64,000 nt of DNA. Source: Lama glama. Taxonomy: Eukaryota. The notes under the pieces were generated by a model. That model made no database searches. It was given only the letters and a program-made list of their open reading frames with translations, and was not told the DNA's origin. Position 1 is the stretch's first letter. Every line of letters starts with the position of its first letter. The stretch lies in the NCBI GenBank assembly GCA_028534125.1, contig CM052816.1:92196001-92260000 (forward strand). The letters run 5' to 3'. Made by a program: the position numbers and the translations under genes. This document shows positions 1 to 12,804 of the stretch, in pieces.

Positions 1-975
1 TAACTCATTAAACAGCCAGCCTGTCTATACCAGATCTCAAGGGAGCAACACGGAGGTCCTGGGACTGTCAGAAAGGGTAGGACAGGGGAGAGCCATTCTG
101 CTCGTGTTTGGCAGTGACTCTCAGAGGCTCCATTCTCTTCTGCCATGTTCACACAAGCAGAAATGAAAAGCTGGTCCTCTTATTTTCAATCCCGTATTAA
201 TGGATATTTCAAATAAAACTTATCTGTAAGGAAAATAACATTAATATGGTCTAAGCATGCAAAAGTAGATTGAAATCTATCAAATTTCAAAAACTACCCC
301 ACCCTGTTTTAGATCCTTTTCCACCTTCTCAGTTGTGATCGTTTGCATCTGAGAGGGAGAACTCTTTGCTGCAGACAGTGGTGTATTTCCCATCACCATC
401 GAACTGTGCGTCCGCCAACAGCCCGGTACCCAGTGCCTCCAGAGGGAGTTCTTGCAGGTTTGGCTTTGCGCTCACTTGCATTGTTGTTCGAGGTCTTACA
501 TAAAATGAGACCCTGATAAGCCCCTTCAGTTATTTTATGGGTACATAACATAGAACTTACCAATATCAAGAGACCATAGACCCCCAATCTTGTCTAGTTC
601 CTCCTACTCCCAGATTCTGTTCCATTTCCAACACCCCATCGCACAGTCCTCCTTGATTACTGCAGCCAAAATCTGATACCCAGATCTGGGAGGAAGGCTG
701 TGCTGGCCCCGGGGACACGCTGCTTTTGCCAGGGGTCGTAACACCTACTTGTCCAGGGCCATGACCCAGGCTGAGAGTCGGTCTTTCCTACCTTTGGCAC
801 TTAGTCAGGTTTTTTTTTTTGTAATGTTTGATTACCAAGTAATTAGAACCTAGCTATTCTGATTGGCTCTCTTTTTTCATGGAACTAAATTTCACAAGGG
901 CACAAAATCACTCTCCCATAACAAGAGAAAGAGTGCCTACAGACTAATTAGAAGGAAAAAAGAAAACTGATGAGC

Positions 976-1157
976 TCTGATTCTGGAGTCAAACCTACAT
1001 GAAATTCCAGCTAAACCAACCTATAGGTGGTTAATCTGGGAAAAGATACTTATCTCTCTAAGTTTCAGTTTTCTCATCTGTGAAATAGGAGCACTGATAA
1101 TACATCCCCTCTAGGATGCTGATAAATCTTAATGAGATAAAGTATATAAAATGCTTT
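976..1157 (+). mobile_element. MIR SINE relic
   Basis: MIR core-like 'ctctctaagtttcagttttctcatctgtgaaatagga' and 3' 'aatgagataaagtatataaaatgcttt'. Confidence 0.75.
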
Positions 1158-2059
1158 CTTTGTCAGGCTCCTTCAACTATCCCAACGCGCTTGATATGCT
1201 GATTTCAGTGGGTGGCAGCCATTGCTAAGATGACCCGAAAGACGCAGATTTCACTGCTTGGTGAGTTACCGTTAGGGAGAATGAATAGTAGAATTAGACG
1301 GGATTCTTTGGGAACTGGAAGGTGGTGGTGCAGAAATTCTTCATGGATGATAAAAGTTGTTACTTTGTGATAAAAATTAAAAGCCCGTAATAAAGGGCAT
1401 TGCGTACACATTGTCCAGGAACATTTAACAGAGACCTTTGCCAAGGAAGAGGAAATTTTAGTAAAGTGGTTCCACCTCACAGGATAAAGGACTATTTGGC
1501 CAGCAGCTGCAGGATTTCCTGACTGTGCTTGGCTGAACATTTGGCCTCAGCTGATAGAAGCACGTAGACCTATGTCCTAGCCAAAATGACAGAGATAAAC
1601 TGTCTCTCTCACTCTGAATTCTTCCAGAAGAAGTGGATTTGGCTCAATCAGCAGGTCTGGGTGCAAGATTTGCAGTAGGTGGGGGAGGAAAATGCACGGA
1701 GCATATGAGACACTCCCAGCTCCAGGGCGCTTGGCAGCCTCGCTTAGTCACACCTTCCTCCTCCCCTCCGTTCAGACTGGCTTCGCCAACGTCTCCATCC
1801 ATCATTTCGAGTCATCACTATCAACGGATGGGAGTGAACAGACAAGCTGACATTCAGTTTTTGGCTATTAGGTCACTTGTTCTGGGTATTGGAGATTTTC
1901 ATTAACTCATTGAAGTTGGACTCATTTCAGAAGTCTATCCTTGTGATGTTTGAGTGTTTTTCATCATCTCAATGTGGAATAGTCTCATTATTATTAACTT
2001 CGCCTTTACTTTTTTCTTTCTAGAAGAATGAGAATGGAAAACAATCACATCACAAGAGC

Positions 2060-2375
2060 TAGCACATGTGAGCACACATGTGCCAGAGAAGGTCTAAACC
2101 CCTTATTTGTTAAATCCTTTAATCCACATAACAATGCTATGCTAAACACGTGCAACTAACATTGTAAGTGGACTACACTTCAATAAAAAATAAGAATTTA
2201 AAATATGATGATGATAATAACATTGCTATGAGGTAGGTGCCATTACGATCAGTGTTATACATAAAAGAAAAAAAAACAGAGAAATTAAGCAATTTGCACA
2301 AGGTCACACAGCTGGGAAGTGGCAAAGGTAGGATCTGAATCCAAGGAGTTGAGTCTGTGCAATTAAACACTACTC
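2060..2375 (-). mobile_element. MIR relic interrupted by a short L1 3' tail
   Basis: 'aattaagcaatttgcacaaggtcacacagctgggaagtggcaaaggtaggatctgaatcca' is the antisense MIR core; insert at 2142-2216. Confidence 0.75.
2142..2216 (+). mobile_element. Very short 5'-truncated L1 3' tail with 14-bp TSD
   Basis: 'actaacattgtaagtggactacacttcaataaaaaa' matches other L1 3' ends in the window; TSD ataacaatgctatg (2128-2141) / ataacattgctatg (2217-2230). Confidence 0.8.
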
Positions 2376-3682
2376 ACTCTAGATTCATTCATTCATTCCA
2401 TATGCACTTGTCACTTGAGGCTGTATACATGGCTATGTAAATTCTACTTACACAACTTCATGGGTTTGATCTGTAAGCTTGTCATGGCAGTTTATTATAA
2501 GAAGGTACAGGAACATATTTCACACTGATCATGTTTTAATATTATGCAAATTCTGTCCCTTGTCCTTTTGATTTGAATTACCTATACTGAGCTTTAATAG
2601 ATAACCTCATTCTTCATCTTTTTCCAGAACTACTAGACCGATGCCACTCTTACTTCTTTGCTGTAAATTCACCTAAATTACTAAATGTGAGGAATGATTT
2701 ATGGTTTTCTTTCAATGAAAGCTGAGAAAGCTGTTACCCAAAATATTAAAATATCCATTTCAAATATTCTTAAAAATATCCAAATATCACACCCTTTGAC
2801 CTTCTCAAAAAGAAGAGCTATTGACAAGTTTGTCACCTCACTTAGAAGTAATAAACATCAGTGTCTTAACAGCAGGTAGACAGGAGAGGGACAAAGCTAA
2901 TTATTCCATTTTTTTCTTAAAAAAAAAAAAAAGATGGGCCTGCAATCCTGGGCAGAACCTAAAAAAAAAGAAACAAGAAAAAAAGAGTGGGTCAAAGTGT
3001 TAGGATGACATAATTGTTCACATTTGTCCTTAGAGCAGAAGCTTCCAGATATTGAAATAAACAAATTGTGTGCATGCCCCTGATGACAGAATCAAACAAT
3101 AAAAATGGGACGTTTATTTTAAATTATTCCATATTTAAGATTCTTTATAAATAAGGTATCAAATATACTGGTTGCAATGACTGTACATCACATTTTAAAA
3201 AATAAAACACAGAGAACATTTTTTCATGAGCTACCAGTGGGATATAAATTAATCCCAATTAGCAGTTGATTCGGAGCACTGGTTTCTATAACCACCACGA
3301 GAGAACAGGGCTTGCAGATTTTATCTTTGGTTGGTTTCTTAAAATATAACTTTATCAATTCCTCTATTATATGTACAAACCCCCAAGGGCACTTGTCGTA
3401 AGTTCTCGTCACAATTAAACTTTGATTTGGCCAATATTCTAATCATTTAAACTGATTGGCCACTAATTTTTAAAAGTCAGTTTCACACGCACCCCTTATA
3501 TGCTGGCCACTTTGGGGATGGATGATATTATAAATTAGCAAGCTACATAATGATTCTCTAACAGCAAGACAGCTGCCAAAATAACTCTCCAGAAACTAAA
3601 AATTCAACCTACTGGCTGCTGGAAGGCTCAGCTCTTCAGTGGAGGTCAAAACCGAACTCCACTTCAAAACTGGGTCCACAGG

Positions 3683-3845
3683 CGTGTAACTTTGGGCAGG
3701 TTATCTAACCTTCCTGAGACTCTCAGTGGCCTCCTCAGTACAATAGGGACAAGAACAGAACCTGCTCTGTAGAATCAAGATGAGGATGAAATAAGATAAT
3801 TCATGCAAAGCACTTCGCACAGTGCCTGGCACGTGGCTAGCAGTC
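3683..3845 (+). mobile_element. MIR relic
   Basis: 'gtgtaactttgggcaggttatctaacc...gataattcatgcaaagcacttcgcacagtgcctggcac'. Confidence 0.8.
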
Positions 3846-5219
3846 GGTGTGGCTGGCCCCGGTCGTCATCCTCATCCTTGTCACCATCATCATCACCATC
3901 ATCACATCCTCATCCAAAGATAAAACATGCCATTGTTACAGCTGGACCCTAAATATGACTCATCTGCATCACTCTGGAAACATACAAATCAAAAAGGCAA
4001 AAACAAAACAGATTGTGAGAAAATAAAAATCCGAAAAAGTTACTATCTGCCACAGGTTCGAGTCCAAAAGATAGCACAGAGCAGGAAAAGCCTGTAGCTC
4101 AGCTAAGGCCCTTCCATGCTGGACACTGGGATTTCTTTTTCAATCCTGACAGCCACCCTGTGAGGCAAGGTTATCATCTCCCACATGGGGTCAGAGTCAG
4201 ATACAGCAACTCACACAAGGGAATCTGTGCTGTGCCACCAGGACCCCACCATTCAGATCCCATCCATGTCAGACCAGGGATGAAGGTCTCATCCAATGCC
4301 AAATAGTCTTACAGTTCTGTTTAACAGGCATGTGGACATAGGCCTGTGGTGACTGGCTAATGGGATCAGATCTTCCCTAGAGAATGGGAACCCAAGCTAT
4401 GCAGAGAGAAATTTGGCCAGCAGGTGGCAGTAGGAGCAGAAGAAATGGAGGAACAGTGGTCAAGTTACCAAAATGGCGAAACACTAGAAAAGCGATCAAA
4501 TGTCTCTACTACTGAGGAGAGAACAGCCCATCTTTTCCCAGATGGTCCTGGGGACTTGCCTTATCCTGGAAAGGAGAAGGGAGTGGTCACTGAACATGAC
4601 TGAGGCCCTTCTGAGGCTGGATGCCATAAGGCTATTATGACAACCAAGATGAAGAAACGTGACAGTGAACAGGTAAACGTCATAGTTAAAAATCAGCAGT
4701 AAATACAAGTCTCAAGAACCTTAAACTCCCTCCAGAGAGGAGGGCTTTTTTTTTTCAATAGAAGAAAGAAAAAGAAGTATCAAGTGTAAGTCTGTTATCC
4801 CTTTAAGCTACCTTCTCAGGACTAAAAGTAGTTGCTAGACTTCACCGTCACAGAAGAAGCCAAGCTGAGATGCTTCTGCCTCTGGTATTCACCCACGTGT
4901 TCCTTGATGCCAACGAGTCCAATTTGCAGGGAGATGATTGTGAAATGTCAGCAAGTTGATACAGCAACCATTACGGTCCAATGTTTCTTTTTCTCTTTCA
5001 GTTTCCTTTACAATGAGCAGTGTTTCTCTCCAATGGAACTGCTGAGTGGACAATGCTTTTAAGAGCAATCTCTCTGTCTCTTCCTGTGTCTCTCTTGGCG
5101 CATGCGAAGAGTTCAATCCTAGACCTTGAAAGCTGGCTGAGGAGTATCTACATTTACCTTGCTCCAGCCACATCAAGATGGTTTTCTCTCTAAGGAAAAT
5201 ATGCGTAAGAAGGAAAAAA

Positions 5220-5420
5220 TACATATATGGATATGCACATATGTCTATAGAGAGGAGAAAGAGAGACAGAGAGACAGAGAAAGGAAGAAAGGATATAAAA
5301 TGATATGTAGATGGATTTTTTATATATTCCTTTGATATCTATATCCTTTTATGTATATATATGCAGATCACATATGTCTGTGCGTATATTTACATACAGA
5401 TAGATACATGCATACATGGT
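5220..5420. repeat. Degenerate TA/GA low-complexity tract
   Basis: Runs of (TA)n, (GA)n and (CATA)n-like units. Confidence 0.6.
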
Positions 5421-7075
5421 TTATTATGTATCAGGTCACTGGAACTTAGACTGAACTTTCAAATGAAACTATACACAATTTTTGAAACAGACACCAAGAT
5501 AATAGCATATTTATAGCCCTGATTCCAATCTAGAAGTTTTGACTTTTAGATATCACCAGCCCATGCATTTCTGTCCAAAAGCTCCTCACCATGTCAGATT
5601 ATCACTTATATAAGCATTTGATAAGCACTCATTAACTCTAATTTTTTTTTAATGGTAGCTATGTCTGCTCATCCCAACATGATTTTCTGACCTGGATGGC
5701 ACAAGAAATTGCAAAGCTGCACGGCTGCCAATCAAATAGGTTTCTTTTCAAAGGTTGCCAGCTGGACTTTAGAAAAACAAGCCATGTGACTGTCTGCCGC
5801 ATGAGGGTTAGCAGGCTCGCAGGTTTCCTACAACCTCTGAACGCAAGCCCACAAGTTACACAGTTCCTGACTTAGCAAAGACGAACGCCATGGCTACTAA
5901 ATTCATTTCTTGATAAGCTCTCATAGGATACAACTGGTGGCATATTAATACAGTTTGAGGCCATTTCATTTGAGATAACACCTGGGAGAGGCAGTCTTCC
6001 CCTAGGAATGTGCCCTCTTCCCTAACGTCCTAGAGATTCTTCTTACTGTCCTAGAAATTCAAATCAGCCACCGCGGAAAATCACATTAAAATTCCTACAT
6101 TATTCCTGACCTCGGGGAGACAGGGAGGTGGAAAGTACTCAAGGCTGACAATTGTCAGGTTTAATGCAACTTAATAAAATCATGACCTGCTTTGATCAAG
6201 CACTTGGCACATCCTCTTGTTAAGTCTAACAATCAGGGTTCTTAATGCTGCCAAAGGGGGTAAAATGTTTAGGTTAGAAGGCAAAGGCATCCACAAGAGC
6301 CAAAAGAGAAATATGACGAGCAAGGACGCACTGGAATACGAAGTAGTCAATCTAACAATTGCATTCTATCCATGGTGTGTAGAATTAAATATGTCACGTA
6401 TGCTGGACACAAAGCCACCCACCTCCCAATCAAGCTGCCTCTTTCAAGAGCCAAAAACCAAGTAAATACCATTCCTACTCACAACGCCCAAATTTCTTAA
6501 TTCCAGAGTCGTTGCAGCTTTTCACAGCGGTTCAGGGGCACATCGGTTTTGCGACCAAAGCAACCTGATAATATATTACTCAGAGATTACTATTTGGTTC
6601 CTAATTCCTTTGCGGATTATTCACTGCATTATTTCTAATAATCTAGGCTGATTTATCACCATGTCCACTACTGACAGGCCTTTTTTTGTGGATAAATAAA
6701 TTGGATTTATAATTCTTGTCAAAAGTTTTATGACATGTTTCTCTCCAATTTAATTCTCCTTACACTATAACGTATCTTTTTGTGACTTAATTCAATTCAC
6801 TCTTCCTCAACAGCTAGGCTGTTTCAAGAGGGTCTAAAGCACAAAATTTAGGTTAAACTGTATCGTTAGTGCCACTCCCTCCTTTCATGTAGTCACCAGA
6901 GCCCTTTGGACGAAACTGTCACAGAGAGACAACAGAGATCAACATGGCTCAGAGATTCTCAGGAGATTTTATTGGCTTTGCGAGTCTGGGGCACCTTGAG
7001 AGAGAACTGGGACCCACCTCATGCCTGGATTAATGAAAAGGAAGGGCACAAAAATTCTATACATAAGATTGCTCA

Positions 7076-7219
7076 AGAAAGGAGGGTATAGCTCAGTGGT
7101 AGAGTGCCTGCTTAGCAAGCGTGAGGTCCTGGGTTCAATCAGCACTTCCACTAAGAAATAAATAAAGAAATAAACCTAATTACCTTCCTCCCAAAAATAA
7201 AAATAAATTAAAAAAAAAA
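7076..7219 (+). mobile_element. tRNA-derived SINE, camelid Vic-1-like
   Basis: Pol III A box 'tagctcagtgg', B box 'ggttcaatc', A-rich tail; TSD aagattgctca (7065-7075) / aagatcactca (7220-7230). Confidence 0.85.
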
Positions 7220-7519
7220 AAGATCACTCACTCCAGCCCTAGATTATAATGTTTTCTCCTGGTTGCTCCCAGTTCCATTGCCTCCCACAAACACAACAAT
7301 CCATACCCATGAGAAAAATGGTATGAAAAGCTTTTGGTATTCACATTTTTGTGGCCTTATCTTCTTTCTTCACCCATAGTCTAAAATACACCTGTTAGCC
7401 GCGCTGTATTTCCGTGATTCAGTTCAAGCTTGTGCTTTGAAGGTCTCGATTTCAGATGGAGGGAACTTTGGATCTATGAGGTGGATATTTGAAGAGCTAC
7501 CCAAGACACTTCCTCTTTT

Positions 7520-8119
7520 TTTTTTTTCTAATTGGAGTAGAGTTAATTTACAATGTTGTGCTAGTTTCAGGTGCACAGCAAAGTGATTCAGTTATAAATA
7601 CATATATATTCTTTTTCAAATTCTTTTCCATTATAGATTATTATAAGATATTGAATATAATTCCTTGTGCTATACAGTAGGAACTTGTTATTTATCTATT
7701 TTATATATAGTAGTTTGTATCTGCTAATCTCAAACTCCTAATTTATCCCTCCCCCCAAACCCTTTCCCCTTTGGTAACTATAAGTTTGTTTTCTATGTCT
7801 GTGCATCTATTTCTCTTTGTAAATAAGTTCATTTGTATCATTTTTTTTAGATTCCACACATAAGTTATATGATATTTGTCTTTCTTAACTGACTTACTTC
7901 ACTTAGTATAATAATCTCCAGTTCCATCCATGTTTCTGCCAATGACATTATTTCATTCCATTCTATGGCTGAGTAATATTCCATTGTGTGTATATATACA
8001 TATATACACATATATGTGTATACACATCTACACATAAATATATATACACATACATACCACATCTTTATCCATTTGCATGTCGATGGACATTTAGATTGCT
8101 TCCACGTCTTGGCGATTAC
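7520..8119 (-). mobile_element. 5'-truncated L1 (3'UTR plus ORF2 C-terminus) with 16-bp TSD
   Basis: Poly-T start; ORF 7865-8125(-) IAKTWKQSKCPS...MEYYSAI; TSD agacacttcctctttt (7504-7519) / agacactccctctttt (8120-8135). Confidence 0.92.
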
Positions 8120-8149
8120 AGACACTCCCTCTTTTGAGACTCTTTTGAG

Positions 8150-8260
8150 ATTCCCTCAAAAGCTTTTAAAATTCCAGCTGCACTTAAGACAAAATCACAT
8201 TAGAATCTCTAGGGGTGAGATGCAAGCATTGTTTGTATTTTGTAAAACCTGTGTGCTGAG
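8150..8260. mobile_element. MER5-like hAT MITE fragment
   Basis: 'attagaatctctaggggtgagatgcaagcattgtttgtattttgtaaaacct' resembles the MER5A interior (cf. 60480-60655). Confidence 0.45.
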
Positions 8261-9189
8261 TTTTACTCCTGCTGTGAAGTAACCAGAAGTTTCTTTGTTC
8301 TCCTCCATCTTCAGCGTCAGACACCCTTAGCCATGGGTTCCCCAAACCCTCTTTCTCTCAGAGAGAGGCAAAAGAATGAGTTCAGTCCTCCCCACAAAGA
8401 GCACTTGGCTCCACTCCCATCCTAGGGAGTCACCCTGTGGGGAAGGTTCTCGATCAGCAGGCGCTGAGCTTTCAGAGTCTTCATTTATGCATCTTCTCTC
8501 CAAGGGGCATGTGGAGCAGACTTCCCTTTGGTAAAGGGCTCGACGTTGGGGATCTCACAAGTCCTTTTACAAAAGTCAAGTCTGATGGCTGCAGTGAGTT
8601 CCATGCCTAAGTTATCAGCTAATCATTGAGAAATCCTGTAGTTGTGACTCTCTGAATAAAATTAACACAAAAGAAGAGAAAGAGAACCTGCAAATGTTTT
8701 GGTAACTAGGATCCTGGGGCAACACAGGAAGGTCCAGGGGCTTGCTCCCAGGCCTGGAGCTCACAGAAGGGTGGCCTGAGTCGGGGGTATAACACTGGGG
8801 TCACTCTGCCTGCAGGAGCCCAGGCAGCCAGGGTGAGACAGAGAGCAATGGTGAGCTCCACGTAGCAAAGAGGACCAGTTCCCAGACACTTCTCAAAGCC
8901 CTCATGGGCTTCATGGAAGAAATAGGCAACATTGTGGGAGACTGGGGATATTGTAATATTTGGAACCAAAGTCAGAAGGTCCCTTCATCTTGCTTCCTCG
9001 GGTTGACGTCCAGGGAGCAGAGGTCACATCAGGAGCTGATGTGCTTTGGAGACAGTCTCTTCCCATCTGGACCAAGTGTCGGAGAAGAAAAACTTTTCTT
9101 TTCCTCCCAGTTACTCTTTATTTTTTTATTGCCATCAGCCATCCTCTTTCCTCCTCATTCTAATGCCTCTTCCTGTGGGTTTTATCCTT

Positions 9190-9330
9190 TCTCAAGGTTT
9201 CACCTATTATGACAACTCGCAAATGTATACATTGGCCTGAAACTCTCCTCCGAGCCTCAGAGTCTCGAACCCACTTGTCTACTGAACTGCTTTGCTTGAG
9301 GGTCCCACTGCCATCTCTTCCTCAGCCAGT
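9190..9330 (+). mobile_element. L2 fragment
   Basis: 'tatgacaactcgcaaatgtatacattggcctgaaactctcctccgagcctcag' L2-like. Confidence 0.5.
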
Positions 9331-9794
9331 TTGGGAGCTGGAAGCACAGCTGTAGAACCAAGGAACTGAGGGTTCCCTCCCCTGCCCCAGGCCTCCTCCA
9401 TTCACTGAGTGGGGCAAGTGGGGGCTTCCCGTTTCAGGCTGTGGGTAGGGGCATTTCTGATGTGAGGACTGCACTTGGGTAGGGGGGGCATCACAGGTAG
9501 AGATGGAGAAGAGAGCGGGACTGCTGAAGACTCAGACTTGGGAGTGGGATTTCCAGGGGCAGGAGATAGATGGGAGCTCGAGTGATGAAAGGCTGGGCAG
9601 CTAGTCCAAGAGGAATAACAGGAGATGGGTAGGGACCAGATCTCCCTGGTGTAATGCTGCCCTGATACCCTTCAAAACAGGCTTCCGTTCCTGGTTTTCT
9701 AGTCTGTCTCACTATGGAAGAGATCGCTTTCTCACAGCTTCTCCCCTAAATCAAGTACATGGTTCTCTTGAGATTTTCCAAGGCTTTGGTATTT

Positions 9795-11015
9795 GTTAAC
9801 TTATTCAACAGAATATCTAGCTGAGCACCTGGTTTGTGCCAGACACTGTGCTAAGTACCAAGGACAAAATGGATACTAGAAAATAGACATGGGCTGTAAG
9901 TTTGTGCTGTTTAAAGGGTATATAAAGAGCCAGATGATACATATTAAATGTAAAAACACAAAACAATTACAGTAGGGAGAGGGAAAGGGGGAGGGGCAGT
10001 GCAGGGGGAGGGGACTAAGAGGTAAAAATACTATGCATAAAATAAGCTACAAGGATATATTTTACCACACAGGGAATACGACCAATATTTTATAATAACT
10101 ATAAATGGAGTTTACTTTTAAACATTGTGAATTACTCTATTGTACACCTGTAACTTACATAGCATTGTACATCAACTCTACTTCAACATAAATCAATAAT
10201 AAAAAAATAATTACAGTGGTCACAAACATTATGGTAAACAAATAGGATGCCATGATTAAAGACACTGGAGGAAACTACACTAGGTGGGGCAGTCATGAGA
10301 GTTCTCCAGTGACATTTAAGCTGAGAATGTGAAGAGCAGATGGGAGTGGTCCAAGGAAAGGACAGTCATTACCAAGGTCCCTAGATGAGAAAGGGCTGGT
10401 GTGCTGGAATAACTGAGCAAGGGGAGAGGGCCACGAAATGAGGCTGTAGAAGACCATGGAGGACCACACGTATCATGTTCTGTGGTTGGGATGGCACTCA
10501 AATGCCTTAGCAAGCCATTCAGGTGTCCACACAGGGACCTAGGAAGATCTGACTGACATTTTAAAACATAACTGTAGTTGGTGAGTGCAGGATGGATAGA
10601 TGAGTGACAGGAAAGGAGGCAGGAGTCCACTATGGAGGCCATTGAAAGAGATGATGATGCAGACAGTGGAGGTGGAGAAAACTGGAAAAAATTCAAGGGA
10701 CACGAGTGGACACAGAACAGCTAGTTTTTTACAGGTGGACTAGATGTGAGGTTTGCAAGAAGATAAATGAAGGCTAAAGCACTGGGTGTGCGTTGGAACC
10801 AGTTCCCAAGATGAGAAATTGAAGAAGGGAGAGATTTGGGGGGCAGGGGAGACTAGAAATCCAGTGCTCCGTTTCCAACATTTACACTGTGATGCTTGTG
10901 GGATGGGACTTTCAAGCAGAGATGTGAAGTGAACCTGTGGGTGCACGACTCTGAGGCTCAGAGGAGAGGGAGCAAATGTATGTATTTGGCAGTTGTCACA
11001 ATAGATGACATAATG
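9795..11015 (-). mobile_element. L2 (L2a-like) 3' region, interrupted by L1
   Basis: Antisense L2 tail 'ttattcaacagaatatctagctgagcacctggtttgtgccagacactgtgctaag' and body 'gacatttaagctgaga', 'gaggctcagaggagagg'. Confidence 0.8.
9974..10204 (+). mobile_element. L1 3' end with 13-bp TSD inserted in L2
   Basis: G-rich 3'UTR, 'aaataagctacaaggatatat', A tail; TSD aaacaattacagt (9961-9973) / aaataattacagt (10205-10217). Confidence 0.85.
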
Positions 11016-11024
11016 AGGAAGGTA

Positions 11025-11165
11025 TGACTGCCTGGACTTCCTCCCAGCAGAGCAGCCCAGGGGTAGTCTCCATACATGACATCTGGCTTCCTCCAGAAAA
11101 TGGGTTCCAGAAGTTCCAGACAGAGGCTAGAAGATTTCTTGCAGCCTCATGTCAGAAGTTCCAAC
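11025..11165. mobile_element. MLT1-type (MaLR) LTR fragment
   Basis: 'acatgacatctggcttcctccagaaaatgggttccaga...gcagcctcatgtcagaagt' resembles old MLT1 LTRs. Confidence 0.45.
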
Positions 11166-11449
11166 CCTTCCTTTCCATCATAAACTGTAAAGCTTCACAC
11201 TTCGATTGAGGCTTTCCCCCAGTTTCTCTTTGCAGACTACCTAACTGTGCCTGATTCTTCCAGACCCCAGGGTGAAGCCAGGGTTATTTTCTTACTGGGC
11301 CCATATTTAAATCACATACTAAAGGGTGACGTTTGGGGTTAAAAACTGAAAGATGGGACATAATTGCAGAGACCTCCTTCTTGGAAGAACAGCAGAAAAG
11401 GCAACACTGAAGTCTCGGAACGATGAACAGGAAAGGGAAGAGCCATTTT

Positions 11450-11663
11450 GGCGGTGGATGCAAGAGGCAGACAGAAAACAAAGACTGTGGGAGAGAGGCT
11501 GCCACCCAGCCCTGACACCCGTTCCTCTTCCCAGCTGTTTAGAGACTTCACGTAATGGGCAGCCCTCTAGACATGACTTGGAATGCAATAACAACAGAAA
11601 TGTCATCAAAATGAGATTGTTGGTAGCAATGAAGATAGCTGGTGCTGGAGCTGACTGATCCCA
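11450..11663 (+). repeat. Dispersed ~200-bp duplicate, copy A (paralog at 30651-30850)
   Basis: Manual alignment: about 25 mismatches over 200 aligned bp plus one 13-bp indel; flanked by ccatttt direct repeats. Confidence 0.95.
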
Positions 11664-12699
11664 TTTTTCAAACATCGGTACAATTTACTGCCAAACACAT
11701 GAGATCTATTACGGACCTAGTTCCAAATTTGAGTTACAGAATAAGCCCTAAAAGTGTCTTCACAAATATGACAGCTTCTCACCATGTTCCTTCTCTCTCT
11801 CTTTTACCTAATATCTCATTTCTAAAACCAGCATTCTTGCATCCTCCCTCCGTAGGCTTGTTCACCTCCAAAACCACATCTTCCCAAAAAAGACATCAAA
11901 GCATTTTTCCTCTGAGTTTTTTAATCTCTAGTTAAATTCCAGATCAAGATATTCTATCAGTCTGTCTAGACAGCCACTAAAGTTCGATTAAAATAGTTGT
12001 GCCCATGCTTATATAAGGAATGTGTTACGGTTATTGAAACTGCATTATTTACATAAACTTTTTTTTACAGTTAACATTTGTTCATAGTGAACTCTGAATG
12101 ATGCCTGGGGAAATGTGTCTCATCATTTCTATCCTAATTTTTTATCCAAAGGAAACTTTTTTAATGCAACGTTGACTGGAGTTAAGTCATTTTTTTTTCT
12201 TTTCAAATAGTTTCCAAGTACCAAATGCCATGAAGTTAAATACTGGGTGGAGAGATTGCATTTCAAGGACCAGTAGGGAGCACAGAGCATGGACATCAAG
12301 GACTTATTGGAGGCGACTCCCTCCATATAGCTTCTGGTCTTCCTGCAAGGACAGCAACTTTGGGTTATGAATAGATAACAGATGAAACACATCCCTAAGA
12401 AACAGCAAAGTGTTGTTAGCTATAACTTGGAAGCTGTTAAGACACACTGTCATTTTTTAAAACAGGGAGAATTATTTTTAACTTAAAGGGAGAGGAAATA
12501 AAACAACTTTGTCATTCTTTCAGTTTGGAAGAGAAATATTTGAAATCATCTGAACTATTGAAATGTCAAGGTTTCACTAGCATCTTTATTGTCCAAAATT
12601 AGACATGCTATGGATGTTTGTTGAGTCTTCCAGAGTCATATAAGAGATTGATAACACATGTCTGAAAGACTTCCATGCTAAATTATCATGGCCATACTC

Positions 12700-12790
12700 T
12701 TAGCAAAAATCACAAATTGGATGTCCATAGGCCAAATGCAGTCCTCCGATGTGTTTTATTTGACCCACACCATGTTAAAAATAATTGAGG
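12700..12790. mobile_element. hAT-type DNA transposon end fragment
   Basis: 'ggccaaatgcagtcctccgatgtgttttatttgacccacac' resembles Charlie/MER terminal regions. Confidence 0.4.
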
Positions 12791-12804
12791 GCTTTCCCTC
12801 CAAA

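Noticed and set aside
7081..7150. tRNA gene
   Set aside because: The tRNA-like head continues into a SINE body and A tail with TSDs, and has no proper acceptor stem.
9975..10013. G-quadruplex-like G-runs
   Set aside because: This is the ordinary G-rich tract of the L1 3'UTR.
11450..11663. Box C/D snoRNA interpretation of the duplicated segment (CTGA near the 3' end)
   Set aside because: No RTGATGA box C and no convincing terminal stem in either copy. Left open only pending an Rfam search.
11353..11675. Overlapping ORFs across the duplicated segment as a conserved peptide
   Set aside because: The 13-bp indel shifts frame between the copies, and ORF boundaries are not shared.
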